Origin: Leidyana gryllorum EB-2025a
Lineage: Eukaryota; Protista; Apicomplexa
NCBI GenBank assembly: GCA_048772705.1
Contig: JBLWGC010000043.1
Location: forward strand, 248,001 to 312,000
Reading direction: 5' to 3'
DNA: 64,000 bases
In this document: positions 46,801-57,600 of the stretch, one piece after another
Numbering within the stretch: the first letter of the stretch is position 1
Layout of the letters: each line of letters starts with the position of its first letter
Notes under the pieces: generated by a model
The model's input: only the letters and a program-made list of their open reading frames with translations
Database searches by the model: none
What the model was told of the DNA's origin: nothing
Made by a program: the position numbers and the translations under genes

Positions 46801-49800
46801 TCCACTTTGCTGAGAAGAGCGCGGCGGAGAGACCAGGGCATAATGGTATTGTCGTTCCACAACTGGTCAAATGTGTAAACCACATCAGGATTGGCGTCGT
46901 CCGTCAATATGGAGGCAAACGGAATGGTTTTACACCAGGTGGACAACTTGTGGATATGGTTGTCAAGAGCGCTGTTCAGCAAGGCAAAGCACACAGCGAG
47001 ACGTGGATCTTCTCTGATCTCATCCTTCCATGAGGGGGCAAGTCGCCGTCTCAGCATCCGGCGACGCAGCTTCAGCATCATATCGAGATATCGTTCCCGG
47101 CTCGAGTTCGATTCTGTCCAGCCTCCTCGATCGGTTCGTGTCTCTAAATACGCTGTCCCTATGGAACACAGGACAGCATACGCCCGTAAAGGGTCGGAGG
47201 TCCGCATTAATTCACATAGAATCTCAGTATGCTGCGGGTCCACTCCCGGTGAGAGTGATCCCGCAATCCGCATGACTACCTGGACTGGTAACCTGTCCAC
47301 CAGTTTGGCCACCTCGGTGAGTGAGTCGAGCACAGCGCTGACACTGAAGCACAATCAGAGACGTATAGTGTGGACGTTGACCGTCGACTTACTGTATGAG
47401 ACGTTCGGGACACGGGTGCTCTGTATTGATGAAGTGGATCAACAAACACTGGACGCCTTCGAATTTATTGAGAGGGAATTCTGGTGAAGCAGCGCACAGC
47501 CGGAGGGTCTTCTCAAGTCCCTTGGCGGTCCTATCGACGATGCTCCTCACCAAGACGTCCAAAGGTGGGGGATCCTTATCCCGTGGAATCGTGTCGTGCA
47601 CTACAGCCAGTCTCATCAGGAAGCAGGAAGTTAGTCCAACGTAAGGATACAGATGTCCATCCACAGAATGCGGCTCCTCCGACTGCGAGTTGCCTCGGAT
47701 TTTCTCGAAATTGCCGAGTTCTTGTAGTCCAAACCCATAGAAACTGGGATCATTGGTAGGGTTGCAGAGTCACTTCAACTTACTGTTTGAGCCCCACCAA
47801 GAATGCGTACAGAGACTCGGAATCGCGCAACTGTTCACTCGCTATGCTCACAATTGATGTCATCAGCTGAAGGATCGAAGGCCATTTCCTGTCAGAAACA
47901 TTTCGAGAAGGCTCAGCAATTAGCATCTTTCCCACCATTTCGTACAGTTATCAATGCAGGGTGTCCATCCCGTTCCGTCGGGTTTCCGGCGAGCGACGCC
48001 GGACGCTTCCACAGCGTCGTCAACAACTCGTTGCAGAGTGTAGATCAAGTCGTTGTTGGACGCGTCGCCAGCCCAGTTGACCTGCGCCTCGAGGTAAGAT
48101 CTGCCAGCTCGAGTGTCCAGACGCGCTATCAGCGCCATATATGCCGGGCAACACTTTGCTCGTTCGCGAATGAACATATGCTGGAAGGCTTTTCTCGAGA
48201 CGCGCGCACCGACTGCAGAGTACAATAAGTGTGACTTCTTGAGGGAAAAGGGCCTCCAGATTGGCACCGACTCCAGCAGCCGACGTAACGAAGCTTTTCG
48301 GCAGCTCCGAGAGCTTCTTCTGCGCATATTCAGAAGTATTGAGCATCCCGAACGACAGCTCGAAGCGGTACTGGCCGAAGCTGCCAGATCGGAATTGAGG
48401 AGCGATTCGAGCTCATCGGGAGCTTCTGAGTGATGGTCCGTTCCTTTCGCGGAACTTTCAATACTTTCTCGTGACGTGATGTGTACACTGACTCGACGCA
48501 CTGGGAGCTTTTTGTCTGAGAGGCCTCCATCTTGGCCGCCTGCAGTGTGCATCGTCGATGGTGGTACTAATGACACTTTCTCGCTTTGTTGCTCTCTCTC
48601 ACCAGTTTCGCTCATCCACGTCGTCAGTTCGACAGAGGAGTGACACTTTAGGATGGAGGAGGTGGTGGCCGCGGAAGTCTCTAGTGAATTGGGCTGAAAG
48701 GGGGTGGCCAGCACTTTTATGGCCATCGGCGACCAGTCGCCCCATGTGAGGGCATTCCACAATGTGTAGTGCTCCTTGGCGCTTTCCAGATCAGTGGACA
48801 TTCCATTGGCGAGGGGGTAGAGAGCCGTTTGGGCTTTGGACATATTACTCGAAGGGGCGCTCGAGCTCACCACCCCAACGTGTCCCAGAAACCTAAAGAG
48901 GCTCTGATCCGGCGTTACACTCGACTTGCAGCCGGCAGTTTGATTCTCTCCGATCTTCAGAGCGTGGATTCGACTACTACGTTGAATGATTGGACCGAAT
49001 TGCGAGGGCAGCCATCGGGCATCGCAGATGGGGATGAGATAGAAGCCAATCGTGTTGGGGGGATACTGAGGCATTCGTTTCGTCTGGATGGTCCGGGTGC
49101 GCGGCACCTGAAAGAATGATATTCTGTCTGTCTCCCAGACGACGCGCACGTCGCACACTCACCTTCCATACTGAGGAGTAGAAACTTGAACCTTCTTGAA
49201 TTTGAGAGATGGCATACTCGGCCTCTAATGCTGTGCAGTAGTATGCTACATCCTCTAAACTGAGCTGATAACCGGACAAGTCCAGTAAGGATGTATCTGC
49301 TGGTGGTACGGCCAGCAGCCATTCCTCCAGATCTCTGACCACAAAGCGGGTGAAAGCTGGTAGTCTTCCTTCGTCCATATTGCCGAACAATGAGCTGTTC
49401 AATGCCGCGAGCTCGGGAGGCTCTTCAGCCTGGCGTGCCGCCCAAATCTTGTCACCCACACTGCTCTGATACAGTTTGAGGCCTCGATGACAGAGCTTCT
49501 GGATTGATCGAAGCATCGAGTATCCGTGATTTTCACCCGCGAAGGGGAGCCTCAAAGTCTGTGACTTGTCTATAGATTGGGAGAAGAGGTGAGAATGGTA
49601 TCTGAAACTCGAAGCCACTCACCTCGCAAAGCCTGATGTACGCCGGCAGAGGCGAGGGCGAAGCAACTCTGCAAGCCCAAGATGTCCCCCATGATAAGCT
49701 GTCGCGGTTCGACAGGTCTGACACCTTGCATCAGTCTTCTCAATCGAGAGAACACTCGATGACCGCTCCCAGGGAACCCCAGTGTTCCAAAGCAGGTGCT

Positions 49801-51578
49801 TATGATGCTCAAAACCAATCGAATGAGTCGCAATAAAGTGAGCGGATGCTGCGCACCCGTTATGGCGTCTGCTAACCGGCGGAATCCTGCGTCGTTACAG
49901 TGTTGTAGGGAGAGCAGTTCCTCATGAAAGCTTCACACTACTCACCCACAATTCGGTCATGTAGTTCGGCCGACAGCCACACAGGGGAGCGGGAAAGTTC
50001 TAGCCATACCATACTGTGCATTCGCCAATCTCGGACGGCCGAGCGGAGGTTTGTGCTGGTATCCTGACGATTGCCATCAGCGACACGGCTGCTCCGCGTC
50101 AAAGTAACATCGGCGAACATAAAGGCGCTCAGAGCTTGAACTTGTGATCGCCACGCCTCAGAAATAGCAGAGCGATTCGTCAACTCATTCTCTACCGAGA
50201 ACGCCATTTCAAGAGCCCGACGTAATGCACAGCCCAATCGGGGTCTGATCTGGCAGTGATCGTTCCGTGTCCTTTGTACAGTTACCAGCTCACCTCGTCC
50301 TCGAGCGCTTTTTCGCAAATGCAAGATAGATTGAGGTTTGATATGTGCCCATACTGTCGAGCCGTGGTGGAGATTAAGCGCAGTTCGCATACGAGAGCTT
50401 TCGTGAATGCCTGCAGACTGAGTGATTCAATACAGGAATGACACAAACAGCGTTTCGGCGAAGAACGGGGCGCGCGCCGATTGTGGCGAGCGACTTCAGA
50501 TACTTAGCGTCAGCACTTACCCGCAGCTCATTTCCCACCTGGGCTGTGTTAACGTTTTCGGAACCAATTTCTTGTCCCCACAGCAAATGCATCAAACCAA
50601 TTTGCTCCACAAAGCCGGCAAAGGTTGTTTGAGTGCAGGTCCAAAGTACAAGCGGTGCGTGACGTTGATGGGCAAAGCCACATGAGGATCTCCTCTTGGG
50701 GGTAACATAGTCACAGTGCTTTACGAGGAATTGATTGGTGACTCGGGCCAAGATGTCCAGCGGTTGGAACATTGCCCCAACGAAATGGTTGTCAGGCTGC
50801 CCACCTCGCTCAACTCCCTCCAACGAACTCCTTTGAGCCTGGAGGATAGCGGGTTCCACTTGTTTCTCCAGCGCTGCTCGCTTTCTTGATATGGCAAGGC
50901 CATATCCCGCATCAATGACGGAAGGAGTGATTATCGCGTCACAAGGCGACAGATCGTGCAGTCGGCGCAAGTAGAATGCGAGGACTCCACGCAGACACGC
51001 CAAGTGTGCGTAACAAATATTCGCAGTGGTCGAATCCAGTATCTCATTCGAATGCTGTAGTCGCAGGATAATTTGTGCGAAATCTTGTGCTATGAACAGT
51101 CGGATATTGTATAAGACGGATAAGGTGAAGATCGTCGAGCCCAGCCGGCCGATAAATGGACCCGACCAGACTCGAGCCAAACATTGCATTCCCAGCTGCC
51201 GCACACGCACATGGCCGCTTACAAGGGGTGCGCGGAGAAGGTACAGCAGCCATGATATGGTCTCATACGAGGTCCCGTGATAGGCCACTTGCGGCGGGAC
51301 AGCGATCAGGGAGCGGAAACGATTCCCCAGCAACAACAAATCCTCAGCCGTGGTCTGTCCAACTTGACAGGCTCGCTATGCATGACGACACCTACCGCTT
51401 GTAGACTGGTGCGCAAAGCTCCCATGTACCGTTCATAAGAATGAAATTCATCTGCAACGGTCAGAAAATCTTCAGCAGCAGCTCCCTCCTGAGGTATTCC
51501 CTCCGTGTCAATGAGCTCCTGCAGCCTCGACAAACTTGAAAGGACCAGATGCGCCCCTGTGAGGCTGCTGCACCTCAT
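43855..51578 (-). CDS. Giant uncharacterised multi-exon protein, family paralogue 5
   Basis: ATG at 51578 (MRCSSLTGAHLVLSSL). Motifs QCLARVWSG, HQRHAPLVLW, DWRMHSMVWLELSRSP, GDILGLQSCFALASAG, YPPNTIGFYLIPICD, LSPGVD, LRAETFSL, HPGVLSRLLGAAVELKGFW, SVELWWRAWK, LLYDTLELGW. TAG at 43855-43857. Confidence 0.85.
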
Positions 51579-51642
51579 TCACGACGAAAAATTAGGCCTG
51601 GATATCGATCTACATGCTAGAGAGCCCAATTTTACCTAATCC

Positions 51643-54600
51643 ATGAGTAGTGTGCTGCGGGGTAATCCCGAGAGTGCTACCTCCACGAGTGCTGGACGTG
51701 CGCGCACTCACTCCGACGCTTGGATCAAAAAGGACCGTGAGCTTCGGGTCTCTTATCAATGGCCGCTGCGGGGCGTTCGGAAATTCACCATAAACCCACA
51801 ATTGTCCGAAGACTTGTATCGTTTCCCATCCAATGAAACCCGGGCCCATCAATTTCGAGTGAGCAGCTCCATAGCTTGTCTTCGGTCCCCTGCTGCCTGC
51901 CCGCTGATGACACAATGAGTTCCGCAATTGCAGTGGTACAACGGGTTAGTCAAGGCGTTTTGGTACCAACTGTTCCGTATGCCAAATCCCATCCTGCTCT
52001 TTGTCGTCATTCTCGAATGCATTGGTCCCAGTAAGTTGCTTGAAGTGATAATAATTGGGATGACCCGCTCTGCTCAGACAGCGAGGTCGCCGAGCGAGCT
52101 TTGGTTTACGACACCCGAGTGCTTTGTTTTTTGGTACCCGTTCTAGCTTCTGGATTGATAGCGTTATACGAAGATTGGAAGTGTCAGAGATTATCTCGAG
52201 CCGTCAACGAAAGACGATGTGTGGTACTGGACGGACGGAATCCACATTTCTTGAATGTATGTCGATCAGAACTGCGGGTAAGAAGATTACTGTAAATCTT
52301 GATCCTCCGTTGGTGTAGGTGGGGCAAATCGTGCGCGTGCATAATAACGAGGAAATACCAGCCGACTGTTTGCTATTGTGTTCAAGTGGTTCCGATGCCA
52401 AAGCTTACGTAAGTCAAGGTGAGCACACGTGTGCGCGGATGCTACACTTTGATGTCGCAATCAGAATTGATCACGGGGAGCAGATCTTTGGTGAAGAAGT
52501 CGGCTGTCAAAGAAACTCGCTTCGAGATTTCCGCGTCTGCTGTTGCGAGCATCAGCGGACAAGTGCTATGTAACGAAGCATCAGCCGACCTGGATCACTT
52601 CTTCGGAGCTCTGAGGCTGCAGGCACACCCGCGCAGTACCAACCTAGACAGCAGAAGCTTCATGTGTCAGGGATCTATACTGCGCAATACCGATTGGATC
52701 TATTGTTTGATTCTGTTCACGGGGCCCGACACCAAGCTGGCTAGATCTCACAGTGCTATACGACCACTCAGTCAACAACGGAAGATTGTCATCGAAGGGA
52801 GCATCAATCGAGTGTACCTGGCCATCTTAGCCATGGTTCTGATAGCAGCTCTGGTGAGACATCTAGGTGATGCCTGGCACGTACCGTTGTACCTTCACAG
52901 CTTTCGGCCGTGGGAGGCTGGCGCACACGGAACAGCGCTGCCTCCTTGAATTATGCCGGGCACGAGCCGTTGGAAACTCTGTTCAATTACTCTGCAGAAT
53001 ACCACTCGTTCTTCCTTCTTACGGAATACGTGGTACTTTATGCCTCAACCATCAGTCCAGTGCTGCTCCTAGTGATGGATATCATTGCTCTACTCTCTGG
53101 ACGAGTAACTGAGAAGGCGATGAGCCATGGACCTGCCGCGGCTTTCGTTGACCCGATAGGGTGGCAAGACTACCACAAAGGAAGCCAAAGAGATCTGGCT
53201 CGGCGTCGTCGAATGCAGTCCCAAGTTTCGCGATCTGCAGCACTCAAGAATCTGGGGTGCGTGGATTTCCTGTTAACAGACAAGACGGGGACGTTGACAA
53301 CTAATCAGCCCCTCAAGTTTGTGCTTTGTTCCGTTGGGAAGCGTATCTATGGGAAATGTTTTCGCCATAAGCCTTCTGGAACGCGAGGTGGCGCCCGTCC
53401 CTTCAACGCCCGATTGTCTCCGGCTCCGAAGGTCAAAGTCAAAAAGCGGGATGATCTGAAGCCTTCGCTGAAAAGACGAACGCCGTCCTCGATGGAAAGG
53501 ACTCCGACGTCACACGGCACCCCCGAAACTCCCCCTGTTGGGGCCAATGCGGGTGCAGTTAAAGTTTTCAGATTTGATGACATTGTCCAGGCAAGTCCTG
53601 GGCCTTCAATCGCTCACCTGCTGACACTATCTGATCGTGAATCCATTGCCGGTTCCGAGAGCATCGGATCTGAGCCGGGGCAAAGTCAATCCTTTTTTCA
53701 GCGGCTGAACGCTCATAACATCCACTCCTCCCTGTCAAGCACCCGTCCAATTCCATCATTGCGCTCAACAGCCTCTGAGGCGCGAACGGAATCAGTTCGG
53801 CATCAGAAGTTATTCCGAAATGAGAGCTGTCATCGAGCTCCTCTTGTGTCGAGTGAGTCGGACTCGAATAACAGAAGACGACCCACGAATGAGAGTCATC
53901 AAGGCTCGAAGCGTCAGAGGCGAGAAGACAGTGATAGTGTGGGAGACACTTCGGACTGCTCACACCGTCAACGTCGTTGGACTCAGAGTGTAGATCCCGA
54001 GTCGAGCCCGAGCCAAGCGCCGAGCTCTTCACGTCCTCGTAGGCAGCACTCGTTGGCTATGCAATCGCACAGTGGGAAAAGCATCCCCACCGTACGCCAC
54101 TCCACATCTTTGTCACGCAACGATGCTATGTCTCGTCGGGCGCACTTTCGAGGTGAGCAGACGCAGACAGGTGTATGGACGATACAATTTCATTGTTGAT
54201 TTTCGGCAGAAGGAGGCCCCGATGCCGCCTCCATGATTGATTTTGAAGACTCTCAAATTCTGAAAGACCTGCGTCGTGGAGGCATGCGGTCGGGTCTGAT
54301 CGACGAGTTCATTAAGGGTCTGCTGTTATGTAATATGGTCTCTACGGATCTGCCAGTACAGCCATACTCCACCCTCGCGTCTCCCACAGCTTCCTTCGAC
54401 GACCTAAATGGAGCGTCTCAGATATATGGAAGCGGATTTGTAAGGCACGGGTTATCTGTGTGTGTGGCATATGGAGAGCTTTGTAGAGTCTACCCGACGC
54501 AGACTTGGATTTACATCTAAGGGAAGCCGAAGAGACTCCTTCGACTCCTTCTAGCTCTTCACTGGGAGCTCCAACCGAATCCTTCAGTCACTTAGCTGCA

Positions 54601-57600
54601 CAAGCGCTTCTTGCCAGTATCACGTAGGTCTCTGGCGGCAGTGTTTGAGTCCACTGCTCCCTTTCTGCAGCTATTCGTCCATACTGCCTGAGGAGATCTC
54701 ATTGGTGCAGGCAGCATACAAGTTGGGATATGGCCTCCTGACCAAAACGAAGAAAGGCATAATCATGGAAGTAAGCATCGATTTGGTGTCACGCGTCTGC
54801 CCTACATCCAGGCGATTGTCTGCTCCACAGATCAACGGTCAGTTCCACCGATACGAGAAGTTATTCTCACTGAACTTTGGCCCGAATCGAAAGCGAGTTT
54901 TGACTGTCCTGCGTAGAGAGGATGAAGCCGAAGCCACTGTATATGTGCGAGGTGGTGCTTCCGTCATCTTCGATCTCTTGGGGGGTAAATGTGATGACTC
55001 GGGAGCGGAGAGCGTTCCCCTTACCCCACGCACGCGACGGTTCCCGCGGGTAGCTCAAGATGAGCTCAAAAATGTATCTGCAAAGCACGCCCAACGCTTC
55101 GTGCTGCGAGGATATCGCACACTGGCGTTGGCCAAAAGGCGTCTCACGGCTCTGGACGTTGAAATCTTGTCACGTCGTGTTGAGGGATTGGGCAGCTGTC
55201 CACCTCATCAGCGCGACCTCTTGTGTTACACTCTAGCAGACGAGTTAGAGACCGGCTTACAGGTACACACCAATGACCAATGGTCTCTCGAAGATTGCGC
55301 TAAACTGATCCTTTGCAGATGTTGGGAATCGTTGGATTGCAGGAGACGCTGCAACCAGACGTTCCACGTACCATGAGTGCTCTCATCCAATCCGGTGTGC
55401 GTGTTTGGATGGTGACGGGCGACGATCACGAGAACGCCATCAGCACGGCGTGCCAAGCCCAGTTGATACGTCCCTCGATGAAGTTGATTAGAATCGAGTT
55501 GTCGCGAACTGACGCTGATTCGTTTGTGAGTTTGCTGTCGTGTGTGTGTCTCCTCTCATATGTGAGACCAGAGCGAGGTGGCCGGAATGTACGATACTTT
55601 CAAGGAAGAGGTGGAAGGGCGAAGTCCAGATCAGGAGTTGGCGTGTTTCATCACAGGAGACGACTTTGCCAATTTCTGTGGTGGAAGCGATCTCCAGACA
55701 CTTCTGCTCAGTATGGTGGGTTCCTTCCTCACTTTGCGCTTGCTCAACACCTTTGGGCCGCAGCTATGTCAATGTGAGACAGTGCTGATATGCGAAGTCA
55801 GCGCGGCTCAGAAAGGAATGATCGCGAGAATGTTGCGAACCCGAATCACTCCGACTCCAACAGTCCTATCTGTTGGCGATGGGTTGAATGATATAGCAAT
55901 GTTCAAAGAGTCTCACGTCTCTGTCGCTGTGGGAGAGAGGGATAAATTTGACCTCTTGGCGTCTCCCTCCATTCACGGGCAGGAGGAGTTTACAACTTTC
56001 ATAAACTCGGACGAAGACGTTCCACTGGATGCTCGACTGCACGCCGACATCAACTTGCCCAGCTTTGGGTACTTGCGACCCCTTTTGATGGAACACGGGC
56101 GTAATGCGCTCGGGGCGGGCAGTCTGTGGCTGCGTAGTTCCACCGTTCTCGGATGTATGCAGTTCATCCCAATGGTACTGCAAGCGTCGCAATCGAGGTG
56201 GACTGCAGTACCAATGTGGACGCGCATGGGGATCGGCATGTTGGAGTTCCTCACAATGGGAATAGTGTGTTGTGTCACCGCAGTTCAAGGCACAGACTTT
56301 GGTTCAATTATGGTGTGGCATCTACCGGCATTGTATTGCGTGGTGAGTTGATGCAAAGAAGGAGGCATCCGTTCACTTTGCGTTGCTCTAACAGGCTCGG
56401 CGGCGAGGCTTGCTCAACACTCGAGTTCTTCTCTACGACTTCTGCTATGGAGCCCTTGCGTCCTTCTGCTTCACGTTGATCGCACGACAAGTAGCGGGGC
56501 CCCAATGGTCTATCCTTCCCGCTGGATACACTTTGGACACGATAGGTTCTATGGCCTTCTGCATCACCCTTGGGCTCTACGTGGGTGGAGTCATCTTCAT
56601 CATTCATCATGCATTTACTCGACGGAGCATCTACTTTTGGTTCACTGTGCTGATGTGTTTCGCCGGCCCTTTCGAGTTGCTCATGCTGCCCGCCACTGCA
56701 CAGTGGTTCTACAGCACATACATCAGTGATGTCATCAATGCGTTCGAGACGGGCAGGTCAATGATGCGGTGGGGTATGATAGGTTTGGCTCTGGTGGGCC
56801 TCTGCTATACTCTGGCGGCCGCTGCTCGGCGGATACAGATCGCGTAAGTACAATGGAGACAACAAACGGAGCCCTACGGTCCCTCAGAATGGCCCCTGAT
56901 GCTGTTGAGATAATCCGCCATTTCATCGCTTGCCACAAAGCAAACTTCATGAAAGAACGACTCGCACAACGGGCCGAGCTGGGACCCATAGGCGGCTTAA
57001 GAACTGAAATACCCTTCGTCGGTGGCAGCAAAGCCAACCTCGAAATGACCACAATGATTTCCAATACCTCAGACGGCCCAGATCGAGCAGACGAAATAGC
57101 TTTCGCCTGCTTCGTCCGTAGCGTGCTGAACCCCCTGCGGGTGCGTCGGATGGCCGCCTTACTGCCGTACCCTCGTCAATTCTACCTGAAACAACCGGGA
57201 CGAGCTCACCACCTGGCTGCACAATTGCCACTCGTCGCCCTGATTGACAAGTGAGATACGGCAGAGTAAGAGGGAGCTCGATTCATTCTCGTTGCAGAGT
57301 CACTGAGCTCTCCCTCAAAAGGGGGAACCCGGAGCAAAGTATACTCGGCGTCAAAGGGGCAGGGGGAAGAGAAGTGAGTCGTGTGCCTATGAAGATGAAC
57401 GATGAGGGAGATCTCGACTTACATAGAGCTCGCAGTGAGCAATTACATCTCATAACTTTCCTGTCTTATCTTTGATAGGTGGCAACGGCAGCGTCGGGTT
57501 CCGAAGCAAAGGGTTTGATCACGGCCATCCACGAATGGGAGATGCCGCATACTTTTATTCAGAGATCCGCACAAACAATGATACTGACAGTTTCAGTTCG

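Noticed and set aside
1-51578. Family as known GC partners (CDC50, UGO, SLF) or as viral/mobile genes
   Set aside because: No multi-TM pattern, CDC50 motifs or viral hallmark motifs were recognised, and the genes are intron-rich like host genes.
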